NCBI GenBank assembly: GCA_964416765.1 | Contig: CAYQEU010000001.1 | Span: 549,357-613,356 of the forward strand | Length of the DNA: 64,000 nucleotides | Source of the DNA: an uncultured Candidatus Saccharibacteria bacterium | GTDB taxonomy: Bacteria; Patescibacteriota; Doudnabacteria; UBA920 | Direction: 5' to 3' | In this document: in pieces, positions 27,961-37,988 of the stretch | How the letters are laid out: each line of letters begins with the position of its first letter | Position numbering within the stretch: position 1 is the first letter of the stretch | The notes under the pieces: generated by a model | What the model was told of the DNA's origin: nothing | The model's input: the letters and a program-made list of their open reading frames with translations, nothing else | Databases searched by the model: none | Position numbers and translations under genes: made by a program

Positions 27961-28664
27961 TATTTTGTTTCGGGGGTTAGAGTTACGTTGTCCAATTGGC
28001 TTGCGTCAATTAGAGGTGCAGACTCAAAATTATAAGAGTTGTAGATCAATTCGATGATTTGCTCAGTATTTAACTTTACGGCACGCAGCCCCATGGCATT
28101 CAAGTTGCTGACCACGCTGGTTACGCGCTCTTCCAACATGGAGCGATGGTGTTCAAAATTGGCTTCGCGTTTAGTTATGGCTTTGGCCCGGCCGCGCGCA
28201 AATAAGGAAGAAAAGAACCCGCCGCTGTCTGAACCGATACTTTCATTGTAAGGGACGACGCAGTAAAAATTCTTGTTCATGATATTCCCCGTTTCCACCA
28301 GTTGGTTGATGAACTCGATATACTCGCCAGTCTGCATGCGCAGCAACTCATTGGTCTGCTTCTCCATCATGTCCTTCAGTTTTTCGGTATAACTGCCAAT
28401 ATCCATGCGGCGGCTTTGCATGATTATCTGAATGGAAAAATCCAGCGAATTCAAAAACCGCTGGTAGGAAAATATAAGGGCGTCCTGCTCGCTTTGGCTT
28501 TTCAAGTCAAAGTTAGTGGAAGATACCGCCACCACCGCCCGCAGAGTCCCGTCATCCATAATCATGGTATCCTGCTTGATCTCTTTGGTGCGCAGGAAAT
28601 TCTGGGTGGGATTTATCGATTTATGATGTTTGTTTTGTTTTTTCTCCATCGACAATGTGTTCAA
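27960..28664 (-). CDS. VirB4 N-terminal-domain-like protein (split VirB4, translationally coupled to the ATPase)
   Basis: Pattern MIMDDGTLRAVVAVSSTNFDLKSQSEQDALIFSYQRFLNSLDFSIQIIMQSRRMDI resembles the conserved VirB4/TrbE N-terminal block. Stop/start overlap at 27960. Confidence 0.45.
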   Translation of the reverse strand: MNTLSMEKKQNKHHKSINPTQNFLRTKEIKQDTMIMDDGTLRAVVAVSSTNFDLKSQSEQDALIFSYQRFLNSLDFSIQIIMQSRRMDIGSYTEKLKDMMEKQTNELLRMQTGEYIEFINQLVETGNIMNKNFYCVVPYNESIGSDSGGFFSSLFARGRAKAITKREANFEHHRSMLEERVTSVVSNLNAMGLRAVKLNTEQIIELIYNSYNFESAPLIDASQLDNVTLTPETK

Positions 28665-29082
28665 TGAGCGAATGCTCTTCCGATGCTTGCTGCTGCAAGA
28701 GATAATTCATTTCTTTAATGCGCACCAGTGCGTTGCCTTGCGCCTTTTCCGGTGCTTCTTCCGTGATGGTCGCCTTCCCCTGGCTTTCTACCAAGCTTTT
28801 CCCTTGTTTATGGAAGACAAAATGCTTTGGCTCAAAACTGGAGCCGGCTAAGGCAAACATGGAATTATACAACGGCCTGCCATTTACCTTGATAAAGACA
28901 ATGGCCAAGGCAGGAATTCCGATAAAAACCAACACGAATATTAGTAAAAGTACGCTGTGGCTAAGGTTCCAAGTCAAAAAGGCCAGGACCCCCACACCGA
29001 ATAAAATCCCGAACTGTTTAAAGCCCAAACCCGCTACGAGTTTGTCTTCGATATCGGTAAATTGAGGGACGTTATATTGCAT
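28621..29082 (-). CDS. VirB3/PrgI-like small two-TM protein
   Basis: 153 aa, two adjacent TM helices near the N-terminus, immediately upstream of VirB4 as in monoderm T4SS operons. Confidence 0.4.
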   Translation of the reverse strand: MQYNVPQFTDIEDKLVAGLGFKQFGILFGVGVLAFLTWNLSHSVLLLIFVLVFIGIPALAIVFIKVNGRPLYNSMFALAGSSFEPKHFVFHKQGKSLVESQGKATITEEAPEKAQGNALVRIKEMNYLLQQQASEEHSLIEHIVDGEKTKQTS

Positions 29083-29109
29083 ATTGGCCCCTTAATTATA
29101 CCATATGAA

Positions 29110-29898
29110 CTAGCTAAATTGAATTGATTTTAGCAAATCAGAGAAGGCTTCAAATTCGGCTTTAGACATCAAGCTTTTGCCTTCCCACTGTTCAGGAAAA
29201 GCCCCCGCGGGGCTGCTTAAAGCAGCGCGGCCGGTATCCAGGTATGTCTGGTATAAGAGGCTCTTCTCTAAATAAAACAGAACTTCAAAGTAATTAGAAG
29301 CCGCAACAAGTTTTTTGAGCGCAGGGATAAGTCCCCCGTCCATAGTCCTCATGCTTCCTAAGGTTAGCAGAGAGGCGTCTTTAGGCTGGTCCAACTCCTT
29401 GGGGCCTGGTGGCTCCGGTTTTACGGGTTTGGACGCGGCTTTCGGGTAAGAAACCGGCGGCTTAACTGCTCCCGCCGAAGTGACGGTTCTTTTGCCGTCG
29501 GTTAGCCGGCCTTCGGGTCTCGTGCCGGTTAATTCCTTCTCCTCCATAGCCTGACGCAAATTTGCTTCCCATTGCTTTAACGTGCCGCGCTTGCGGGACG
29601 TTGGCAAAGGAAACTTCGGCAAGTTTGAAATGTGGCTTAGGGGCATTTTCTGGGGCTGGGATGGAGTTGCGACTACGGGCGGTGTTGCCTTGGCGGGAGT
29701 AGTAGCTGGCGTGGTGGCAGGCGCTCCGGGTTTAGCAGCCGCTGATGGGCCAGGACCTTCCAAAATCGCCTGCAACTCTGAAGCCTGCTTGTCATTCATT
29801 ACAATAAGCATATCCAACCATTCCGCCTTTTCCGCGTCGCTGAGCATGGTGGAGGAATGAATCATCTGCTTAAGTTTTTCCATTTGCTGTGATTGCAT
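29110..29898 (-). CDS. Hypothetical cytoplasmic protein with Pro/Ala/Thr-rich linker
   Basis: No TM and no recognisable domain; in an operon with T4SS-like genes. Confidence 0.35.
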   Translation of the reverse strand: MQSQQMEKLKQMIHSSTMLSDAEKAEWLDMLIVMNDKQASELQAILEGPGPSAAAKPGAPATTPATTPAKATPPVVATPSQPQKMPLSHISNLPKFPLPTSRKRGTLKQWEANLRQAMEEKELTGTRPEGRLTDGKRTVTSAGAVKPPVSYPKAASKPVKPEPPGPKELDQPKDASLLTLGSMRTMDGGLIPALKKLVAASNYFEVLFYLEKSLLYQTYLDTGRAALSSPAGAFPEQWEGKSLMSKAEFEAFSDLLKSIQFS

Positions 29899-29899
29899 G

Positions 29900-31333
29900 C
29901 TAGCTTTGCTTTCTGCTTCTTAATTCGTCCAGTTTTTTGGCGATATCATCCGCGCTAGGGCCCGTTTTTATTTCCGCTGGCGCCACGGGGAGCTGGGAAG
30001 GAACTGCAAGAGCCGCCGCTTTCGAAGGCTCATTCGCTATGGGTTTTACTGCCGGTTTGTCTGCTTCTTTGTCCGCCGGTTTTCGTGATGGTGTTTCGAT
30101 CTTTGGCGCTGGGTCGAACACAATTCCTCCTCGCCCCTTTGTGCGCTGGTTCAAGAAGTCTTGGATGTTCATGGGCGGATTGGCAGTCCGGATATTCATC
30201 TCCTTGAGTTTTGCCTTAATCTCTTCATCTACTTCACTGGATTTGGGTGGTACCACTGGAGCAGGCTTGTCCTCAACTATGTAGCTTTCGGCCGGAAGCT
30301 TGGGCTTGGGTGCTGCGGGTACGAATTTGGCCGCCGGTGCCGGCTTAGGCATGGATGCCTCCACGGGTTTAGGTGGCTGGATAGGAGCTGGCTGGGGTTT
30401 TACTGCCGCAGAAGCCGGTTTGACGACGGCTGTAGGTTTAACCAATTCGGAATTGGTCACCGGTGTTGGTACACTAATCTCATACTTTTCCTCGGACGCA
30501 GGCTGAATGGGAATGTCTTCTTCGATAGGCGGAGCTATTTCAAAATGGGGTTTCAGCAACCAACGATAAAAATCAATTAATTTCAAAAATAGTTTTTTCT
30601 CTTCGGCGTTTAAGGTTTGGACGTTTTTGGACGTAGAAACGTATTTGGCTTCGTCATATGCGTCACGGCCGCTATTTACTGAAGTTAAATAGGGGCGGGC
30701 GTCTTCCAGCCAGTTCTTAATGTAAGGCAATCGCTGCCCATCAATACTGGTCAATTTGGTTGACCCTAGAATCTCTTCGTTTTGGTCCAGCGCCTGGATA
30801 AATTTTTGGGTCCAGGTTAAGTCAAAATTGGCCTGTTCAATAAGGAAGCGACGTTCAAAGCTGGCCAGCAGGTTCAGTCGGGGCAAAAAATAGAGGATGT
30901 CATTGCGCAGGATATCAGCCCATTCCTCGTCGGACAGGTCGTCAAAAACGCCAACTTCAAAAATATTAATAGCGTCAATAAGGTCTTGTCCTACCTGAAT
31001 GTCTTTGCTGTTAATCCACCCTGGCAAATCGCGCATTAAACCGATAGCATACGTGCCAAAATTAAAATCAGCGTCGTCAATGACTGTCTTCAGAAACTCT
31101 GGAACTCCACGGATATCACCGTCGTGGGCCTTTTTACCGAGGTCAGCCAGCTTTAATATGACATTAACCAAAGAATCCTTTATCAGTTCAAAATCGCTGC
31201 TGTTTATGACCTTCCAGATAAGATCCTGGGAATGCTCTCCCAAATTAGGGATTGCAGCAAGGACTGACTGCTTTTGCGCGTCAGTCCAGTTTGATTGGCT
31301 GATTAATTGTGTAAATTCTTCTATTGAAGCCAT
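29900..31333 (-). CDS. Hypothetical protein with long Pro/Lys/Ala-rich C-terminal region
   Basis: No TM and no NTPase motifs; in an operon with T4SS-like genes. Confidence 0.35.
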   Translation of the reverse strand: MASIEEFTQLISQSNWTDAQKQSVLAAIPNLGEHSQDLIWKVINSSDFELIKDSLVNVILKLADLGKKAHDGDIRGVPEFLKTVIDDADFNFGTYAIGLMRDLPGWINSKDIQVGQDLIDAINIFEVGVFDDLSDEEWADILRNDILYFLPRLNLLASFERRFLIEQANFDLTWTQKFIQALDQNEEILGSTKLTSIDGQRLPYIKNWLEDARPYLTSVNSGRDAYDEAKYVSTSKNVQTLNAEEKKLFLKLIDFYRWLLKPHFEIAPPIEEDIPIQPASEEKYEISVPTPVTNSELVKPTAVVKPASAAVKPQPAPIQPPKPVEASMPKPAPAAKFVPAAPKPKLPAESYIVEDKPAPVVPPKSSEVDEEIKAKLKEMNIRTANPPMNIQDFLNQRTKGRGGIVFDPAPKIETPSRKPADKEADKPAVKPIANEPSKAAALAVPSQLPVAPAEIKTGPSADDIAKKLDELRSRKQS

Positions 31334-31341
31334 CGATTATA

Positions 31342-34300
31342 CTAGAATGTTTTTCTATATCTTGGTTCTTTCCTCTCAAAATCGCTGCTAGGAACAATCT
31401 TCGGCTCGTCATCGTTGACTGACGCAGGATTAGGGTTGGCGTTCGGGGTGAAAGTTTGCCCTGCCGGAGCCGGAGTGCTTGGAGCAGCTTGTCCTTGTAG
31501 ATAATTCTTCCTGAATAATGCGATTTTATCGGCGGCTCTGGCCAAAGAATCGGCTTCGGTCATGTTTGGGTTCTGTTCTCTAAATGCTTTGGCCACCTTT
31601 TCGACAGCTTTAGGATCTTCACTCAAGGCTCCTTCATATTTAATTTTCTGGGCCTTGTTAACACGCGTAGCATTTTTATAATTAGTCTCATCCGCATCTA
31701 CTATAAAATGTGCGGCTCCTCCACTCATGATATACCTGTTTTGGCTGTCTTTCTCCGCAATCGCAGAATGGTGGCCATTTCGTGCAATGTCTTGAGGTTC
31801 CCATTTTCTACGCTGGGCAGTTTGATACTCATACATATCTTTCATGTCTTTGGCGCTTTCAGTGTCTCTAATTTTCAAGTTTCCACTTTTGTCACGATAA
31901 GTAAGCCCCATCAACGCCTGGTTTCGTTTGGAAAAGCCTACGCCATTTATAGATTCCAAAACGCGTGCGGCATAGTCTTCGCTAAAAATACCATGCTCAA
32001 CCTGAGCTTTCATAAAGTTAAGGATATCCTTGGATAATTCACCAGTTTTTTCGAAATGATTGTTCGCATCTTCTGAATAACGATCCATTGCGGTATTTAA
32101 GCCATTGGCTTGGGCCAAGGCTAACAAGCTTCCCGCTTGTTGAGTCATACGAGTATTGCCGCTACCTTGGTGCATACCATGAAGCAATTCCTGCACTTGG
32201 TATTCTTCATCCTTGTCTTTCATGTGGTCAGCGTGATGCGCCGCTTCGTGGTCGAGCGTGCTAAAGTACTCATCAGAAACAGGACCGCCACCCAAAAGTG
32301 TTCGTCCTCTGACTTTAATACCTTTGCGGAAAGTATCAAAGGCTTGTCCCTTAACCTGCTTCTCCTGCGCTTCCTTCTTTTCCGTATCCTGCGCTTTATA
32401 ACCTTCGTATTGACGCTTGGGCGTAAGGGCCATACCCAAAGCTTTCAAAGCGCCACCCTGCAGGCCACCCTTTCCTTCTCCTCTTTCAATTAACCTCATA
32501 GCCTGATCAGTCTTGTATCTATTGGCCCTATCAGCAGCAGCCGCACCCCCAGCCTTAGCCGCTTTCCCATACCATTCAAATGGCTTGCGCATTCCCTTTT
32601 CCGCAAAGTTGGCTACTGCTTGCCCACCGTACGTACCGGAACTGGAAGCTGCCTTAAGGCCAACCAAGATAAACAAGATAGTTAAAATTTGACTGCCAGC
32701 GAGGTAAACAAACTGTGAAATTTCCCCGCTAACTTTTTGACTGGCCAACAATTGGGAAAAAGTCCCCTGGTCACGCAGCATGGTGGTCACAAAAACCGCG
32801 GACAGGTTCAGGAAGAATGCCAAAACCGGGGTCATGAAAGCATACTTCAAAAAGTGCGTCCACCAACTTCTGGTGTAGCTGGCTGTTTGGGGCAGGACAT
32901 TCGCCACATAAGCTAGTGGCGATACTAGTAGTAATATCCAAAGGGCCACTATTCGAATTACCAGGAAAGCAGCCAAAGCCAGGAAAGTAAAGAACGCGCC
33001 CAACGCCAATGCCAAGGCGAATATAGGCTTCGTTAGGTTGGCAAACGAGGCGCCGGCCGTGGTAGCGTTGCCGGTGCTGAAGTTACTGGAGTCGGTGAGT
33101 TTGTTGATCGGCTCAACCATCAACTTGCTGCCCAAAGCGCGAATTACATTGGTGCTATCGGGCAGAAACTGTTGTTGCACGGTATCGGCAACGCCCAATA
33201 CGGCCTGGCCAAACACAAGACTAAAGTTAACCAACAAAGCCGCTATAACTACCTTAACCAGCAAGTGCTTATAGTTGTAGCTTTCCAACCGGAATAATGT
33301 ACCCAACCCAATAACCAGCAATATAACAATAAAGAAAATGTTGCAGAGGTTGCGGATGAGCTGCCACCCCAGGTAAATGGCTTCTACGAACACGTCCTGG
33401 TAAGGGTGAACCTGGAGGAGAGACTCAATTAACGGCGCTACCACGTTTGAAAACGCCCAATAAATAATTCTTACATGGGCGAGGATGTAATAAGTTAAAA
33501 TCCTATTTAAAATATCCGCGAGAGTTGAACCGGTACCCCCTAGCGTGCCACTTCCTCCGGTATTGTCAGTAGTGTCTGGCGGTTTATCTTTATCGGCTAA
33601 GTAAGCTGCTTTACCCGCATCAGTATTTGCGTAAACTTTAACATTGATTTTCCTGACAAGATCGGAAGAAACATACGCCGCTTCGGTGCTGCCCGGCAAA
33701 AGCCAATTGGAATAACCGACATATGGAAAAACGTAAAGAGTGTTGATCTGTCCTGTGTCAGAGGCTTTGTTAATTCCATAGGATTCACGGGTGGCTTTAT
33801 CTAAAACAATGTCTGTGGATGCTGGTTCATTCGCGTTTATTGTAAGATATACCGGAAATATTGCGTTGCTGGTTATAAGATATGGGGCAGCTAACTTTTG
33901 GGAACAGCTTCTAACATTAGTGCTAAAGACGACTCCCCCCGAACACAATGTCGCAGGGTCGGCGTTGGTGTATATTAGTCCGAATCCCACAATTTGCCTC
34001 GCGCTCGGCATGACCTTGTCGACATATAAATTGTCCCATCCCACACCCCCTGCGTTGTAGCCGCTTATATAAAGCTTGTCCGGCTTAACCATGGACAGAC
34101 TGGCTGTAATCTTAATAGGGCCGCTCCCCGTACCGGCTGCATCAACCGGACCATCCTTATCAACCAATACACGGAAAAAATCCCCGGGTTTAAACGGATC
34201 AATTTTTACGCCTATATCATCAACACCAAAGTTTCGCTGTGAAAGGTCGGCTTTTGCCGGATTTGAATTCGCAAAAAACACAGTAATTGCAAGCACAAAT

Positions 34301-34353
34301 ACTGTGGTAAACCCTAGGAAGATAGATTTTAGTTTTGGTTTCTTGAAAGTCAC
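31342..34353 (-). CDS. VirB6/TrbL-like polytopic membrane protein with large N-terminal ectodomain and ~470-aa C-terminal cytoplasmic extension
   Basis: GTG start, signal/anchor, ~300-aa ectodomain, then 6+ hydrophobic helices (e.g. IFALALALGAFFTFLALAAFLVIRIVALWILLLVSPLAYV), then a long charged tail containing HEAAHHADH. Confidence 0.5.
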   Translation of the reverse strand: MTFKKPKLKSIFLGFTTVFVLAITVFFANSNPAKADLSQRNFGVDDIGVKIDPFKPGDFFRVLVDKDGPVDAAGTGSGPIKITASLSMVKPDKLYISGYNAGGVGWDNLYVDKVMPSARQIVGFGLIYTNADPATLCSGGVVFSTNVRSCSQKLAAPYLITSNAIFPVYLTINANEPASTDIVLDKATRESYGINKASDTGQINTLYVFPYVGYSNWLLPGSTEAAYVSSDLVRKINVKVYANTDAGKAAYLADKDKPPDTTDNTGGSGTLGGTGSTLADILNRILTYYILAHVRIIYWAFSNVVAPLIESLLQVHPYQDVFVEAIYLGWQLIRNLCNIFFIVILLVIGLGTLFRLESYNYKHLLVKVVIAALLVNFSLVFGQAVLGVADTVQQQFLPDSTNVIRALGSKLMVEPINKLTDSSNFSTGNATTAGASFANLTKPIFALALALGAFFTFLALAAFLVIRIVALWILLLVSPLAYVANVLPQTASYTRSWWTHFLKYAFMTPVLAFFLNLSAVFVTTMLRDQGTFSQLLASQKVSGEISQFVYLAGSQILTILFILVGLKAASSSGTYGGQAVANFAEKGMRKPFEWYGKAAKAGGAAAADRANRYKTDQAMRLIERGEGKGGLQGGALKALGMALTPKRQYEGYKAQDTEKKEAQEKQVKGQAFDTFRKGIKVRGRTLLGGGPVSDEYFSTLDHEAAHHADHMKDKDEEYQVQELLHGMHQGSGNTRMTQQAGSLLALAQANGLNTAMDRYSEDANNHFEKTGELSKDILNFMKAQVEHGIFSEDYAARVLESINGVGFSKRNQALMGLTYRDKSGNLKIRDTESAKDMKDMYEYQTAQRRKWEPQDIARNGHHSAIAEKDSQNRYIMSGGAAHFIVDADETNYKNATRVNKAQKIKYEGALSEDPKAVEKVAKAFREQNPNMTEADSLARAADKIALFRKNYLQGQAAPSTPAPAGQTFTPNANPNPASVNDDEPKIVPSSDFERKEPRYRKTF

Positions 34354-34377
34354 TTATTTAGAGCGAATTGCACCTTG

Positions 34378-34413
34378 ATTATACCATAAAAGCCCTTGGA
34401 ATACCAAGGGCTT
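34378..34413 (-). promoter_or_regulatory. Hairpin plus extended -10 (TGGTATAAT) internal promoter ahead of the VirB6-like gene
   Basis: Minus strand: 10-bp stem AAGCCCTTGG/CCAAGGGCTT with 4-nt loop (34413..34390), then TTATGGTATAAT (ext -10 at 34386..34378). Confidence 0.4.
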
Positions 34414-34417
34414 CTTG

Positions 34418-35611
34418 TTAGCGAAGGTACCGGTCAATACATCTGCTTATATCCGCCGATATATTGGTGGTTCCTTTTATGCAGGCCTGGAATTGGTCGA
34501 TGTCGCCAAAGGTTTCCTGCTGTTTGGAATCGAGGATTGCTGAACGATTTTGGGCGTAAGCCGCTGTACAATCCGCAGCTCCCCTTTTGGCGGCTTCCTG
34601 CTGCTGTGGTGTAACCAATACAGGGTCGCTATCATATATCCCCTGGGAACTTCCATCAATACATTGGCTCAGGCCCATGCTATCCGTAGGACTATCAGGG
34701 TAGGGTAAGTCGGTGCCGCCCCCTCCGCCATTATCCTCATTGGGAGCAGCGATGTTAAGTACTCGACCCGAAGGGGCTTGGTTATCCAGACAAACCATGT
34801 CGAATGGCGCGCAACCCGCGGCCGCGTGGGAATTAATATAACCTTGAAGCGAAGGATCAGAGTAATCCCTAACCATATGAGAATATGGATTGGCAAGAGA
34901 AACGTCATAAAGAGGAGCGGCGCTGGGGTTGGAGCCCTCAGTGCCGGTGCTGACGCCTAGTACCCGGCTCGATAGCTGATAATCAGAAACCAGTTTGGCG
35001 CAAGTGCTCGCGTTGGTCTGGTCATCACACAAAGTCACGCACTTGCTTGCAGTACCGCAAGCGGCAAAGTCACGGCTAGAAAGCAAGCCAACAGCCATGC
35101 GCGTTGCTACGTCAATCATGTCCGGTTTCATGTAACCTTGTTTGACTGAGAAGGTGGCACAAAGCGGTACATGGGTAAGCTGGTCACAAAAATCCAAACA
35201 AGCTTGCTGACTAACACAGTTGTGTAATTCCGTGATTGGGTAAGTGTAACCGAGCATGTAAGTTTTGATGGGCGCGGTTGGCTGCATGTCAGAAGCGGTC
35301 ATAATAACTGCTGCCGCTCCCCCGTTGGAAGTCGTGCTAATTCCGCTCGGCTGGCCCGGGAATGGATTAACATAAATTCCCTGCAGCGGATTTGCCTGCG
35401 GATTGTCGCTCGCTCCCAACACCGTGCCTTTGTCTTCCGGCAATGAGCTCGCGCTGGACTGTGCCGCCGCCACTACATTACCAGTCACTGGCTTGCCCTG
35501 ATGGATGGCAAACTGGGTCCGCACCGACTTGACCAAGTAACTGGTCAGCCCAATGGTCATGAGTGCGGCCAGGAGCAGTAAGCTTAATTGTGTTTTTCTT
35601 TCAACGCTCAT
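34418..35611 (-). CDS. Membrane-anchored Cys-rich extracytoplasmic protein
   Basis: N-terminal TM, ~20 Cys residues; no recognisable domain. Confidence 0.4.
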   Translation of the reverse strand: MSVERKTQLSLLLLAALMTIGLTSYLVKSVRTQFAIHQGKPVTGNVVAAAQSSASSLPEDKGTVLGASDNPQANPLQGIYVNPFPGQPSGISTTSNGGAAAVIMTASDMQPTAPIKTYMLGYTYPITELHNCVSQQACLDFCDQLTHVPLCATFSVKQGYMKPDMIDVATRMAVGLLSSRDFAACGTASKCVTLCDDQTNASTCAKLVSDYQLSSRVLGVSTGTEGSNPSAAPLYDVSLANPYSHMVRDYSDPSLQGYINSHAAAGCAPFDMVCLDNQAPSGRVLNIAAPNEDNGGGGGTDLPYPDSPTDSMGLSQCIDGSSQGIYDSDPVLVTPQQQEAAKRGAADCTAAYAQNRSAILDSKQQETFGDIDQFQACIKGTTNISADISRCIDRYLR

Positions 35612-35616
35612 ATAAA

Positions 35617-37248
35617 TTATTTATTGCCCGATGTTTGATGCTGGTTCGGCAGGTTCGGGTTCGTGTTACTCAGCTGTCCTTTAAGCTGCGCCAATCCTTC
35701 GTTAATCCCTACCGGCAGCAAAGAGTTGGCGGTGTTGGAAAGGAATCCGCCAAAAGTGGTTCCGTTCTGAATGCCGAACAATTCGTCCGCTACTGTTTTA
35801 CCAAGCTTGGAAGCGATTTTGCCAGCCAGGGTTGGATGAGTGGTGTTGTATTTGGTCTGGTCGAACAATGACTGCATCCACTTATCGGAAGCATTGTGGG
35901 CTTCCTGGGCTAGAGTCTTGATGTTGCGGTCGCAAGGTTCGAGTATGCCCGTACCAACTTTATTCTGAAGGTCGTTCAGGGCCTGCACGGCGGCATTGTA
36001 AACCTGCTGCGCCTGGTCAATCTGGTCTTTGATGGCGCGGTCAACATCCGAAATTCCGGTATTGCCACCGCCCTGATTTTTCAAAATCTGCAAGGCTAAT
36101 GCAGCTTCGCCCACCTTATTAGTAGCTGCCGCCAGGTCGCTGTTGATCTTAGTTTGTTCTGCGGTCTTATCAGTACAAGTTCGGACGTTCTTAAACTGGT
36201 TGCCGGTTTGCATTTCCTGCTGAGCCAATTTGTCGCTATCAGCCAGGAAGCGGTCCACGTCAGACATCCCGGTGTATAGATGAGTTTCCGACCAGCTGCG
36301 TTCGTCCCCGGCGTCGGAGACTTTGCCCCAGTAATCAGGGCTTGTCCAGTCCAGCGTGTCCGCGGAAACCTGGTATTTACTGGCTTCAACAGCGGCCAGG
36401 TTCTTGGCAGTAGTAAGTCCGGTCACATCACCCAGTACCTGATTCTTGTATAAGGATGCCGCAATCAACCGGGTCCGTTCATTTCCTTTAGCGGACTTGT
36501 TGATTTCCTGGATGCCATAGATTTGGCTTTGCAATGCTTGCTTGAGCAGGTCAGGGTCACGGTTACCCAATACACTACTTAGTGTCTTGATGCCGCGAAT
36601 GGAAGCTTCCTGCTGCACCGCCATGGTAAAGTTGTACATTATTCCTTCGAACACGTCGGAGAAAGCCTGGTCCTCTTGCTGTTCGTATTGGGCAAGTTGG
36701 GTCTGCAAGTCAGCTTTCTTTTGGTTGATGATAGTGCGGTTATGTTCGATGTTATCCGACTGGGAGATACTCGCGCCTTTTGCGTTGTCTACCGCGATAG
36801 AAAGCGGTACCCAGCAAGCGGTAAGTTGGTTCAATGTCGAATCAACTTTGTAGGCCGGGAAAAACGTATTGCTTACGTCTGTTTTGTCAGAACCAGCAAT
36901 AACTTTGCCAGCCCGGTCGGCCAAGTCCAAAAAGATATTTGAATCGTTAAACTTATCACAGTAAGTCGGGTTGAGGAGCTGGTCAGTTACCACGCGTTCC
37001 CAAGGGGTACCGTCGGCCACAAATTTAGCGGTGCTAACAGCAGCGTTGGTTGTCGTCGAAACAGAAGTGACACCAGTAGTAACGGTGGTAGCCGCTCCTT
37101 CAATTTCTTGAGGGGGATCTGCGCAAAAGAATGGTGGGCAGGGAATTCCGAAAACGGCTTTTGTTTGATGGTGCGGATATACCAGACCTCCACAAACAAT
37201 ACTCAAGACTAGAATTGATATTGAAATTCTCTTAAAAACCAACATCAT
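35617..37248 (-). CDS. Secreted coiled-coil protein (T4SS-associated, function unknown)
   Basis: Signal/anchor, CPPFFC motif, long Q/A/L-rich predicted helical regions. Confidence 0.4.
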   Translation of the reverse strand: MMLVFKRISISILVLSIVCGGLVYPHHQTKAVFGIPCPPFFCADPPQEIEGAATTVTTGVTSVSTTTNAAVSTAKFVADGTPWERVVTDQLLNPTYCDKFNDSNIFLDLADRAGKVIAGSDKTDVSNTFFPAYKVDSTLNQLTACWVPLSIAVDNAKGASISQSDNIEHNRTIINQKKADLQTQLAQYEQQEDQAFSDVFEGIMYNFTMAVQQEASIRGIKTLSSVLGNRDPDLLKQALQSQIYGIQEINKSAKGNERTRLIAASLYKNQVLGDVTGLTTAKNLAAVEASKYQVSADTLDWTSPDYWGKVSDAGDERSWSETHLYTGMSDVDRFLADSDKLAQQEMQTGNQFKNVRTCTDKTAEQTKINSDLAAATNKVGEAALALQILKNQGGGNTGISDVDRAIKDQIDQAQQVYNAAVQALNDLQNKVGTGILEPCDRNIKTLAQEAHNASDKWMQSLFDQTKYNTTHPTLAGKIASKLGKTVADELFGIQNGTTFGGFLSNTANSLLPVGINEGLAQLKGQLSNTNPNLPNQHQTSGNK

Positions 37249-37988
37249 AGCACCACTCCGTACTGCGCGCTTAACTGGACGCGCGTTGTTTTGATTTTAT
37301 CGCCGAGGGAATAAAACAACGATGCGGCGGAAACCGCGTTGTCGTCCGGTCCATTTGGCGACATGCTTAACGCCATCTGGGCAAGCGAAGTATAATAAAC
37401 AATTTTCATCCGGTGAAACTGCTCAAACTGGGAAGGAACTTTGAGGTTGCGCAATTCCGCGACAACCGCTTTATAAGTTTGCGCGGAACTTTCCAAGCTT
37501 TGCGGGTCGCGGCCGGACAAAGCACCAATGGCAAAGTTGGTGCCGTACTGGCTTTCAATTTGGTGCAGTTGTAGCGCGTAATCATTCAAGTCATAACGGT
37601 CGTTGGTTTGGTAAACGTTCAAAGGCAATGAAGTAACCAGATCGGAATTCAAAACTTCCTCAGTGTCGACGCTGGTATCAAGCCCCGTGCTGGCGCCAAG
37701 AACCGCGCCGGGAGCGGACATGGTTGGGTCAAGCTCAGCGAGCTGCGATTGGGTCTGCCCATCATCGGCGGAACCCTGAGCGCCGCCCTGCTTCGCTAAA
37801 ATTTCCCGCGCCTGCGCTAGTGCTTGTTCGTAAGTCATGCCTGGCTTGTCGGCCTTGGCATGGCCAAAATTAAAAGCGCCTAAAGTGAAACCGCCGCGCA
37901 TGAACAAAGCCGCGGTTAAAGCAACGACGCTTAAAACAATAAGTTTAATGTGGCCTCTGGCAAAAGAGGTCCCGGAATCAGATTCCAT
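37245..37988 (-). CDS. Membrane-anchored hypothetical protein, first gene of the block
   Basis: N-terminal TM (IKLIVLSVVALTAALFM); preceded by an extended -10 TGCTATAAT on the minus strand (about 38062..38070). Confidence 0.4.
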   Translation of the reverse strand: MESDSGTSFARGHIKLIVLSVVALTAALFMRGGFTLGAFNFGHAKADKPGMTYEQALAQAREILAKQGGAQGSADDGQTQSQLAELDPTMSAPGAVLGASTGLDTSVDTEEVLNSDLVTSLPLNVYQTNDRYDLNDYALQLHQIESQYGTNFAIGALSGRDPQSLESSAQTYKAVVAELRNLKVPSQFEQFHRMKIVYYTSLAQMALSMSPNGPDDNAVSAASLFYSLGDKIKTTRVQLSAQYGVVL

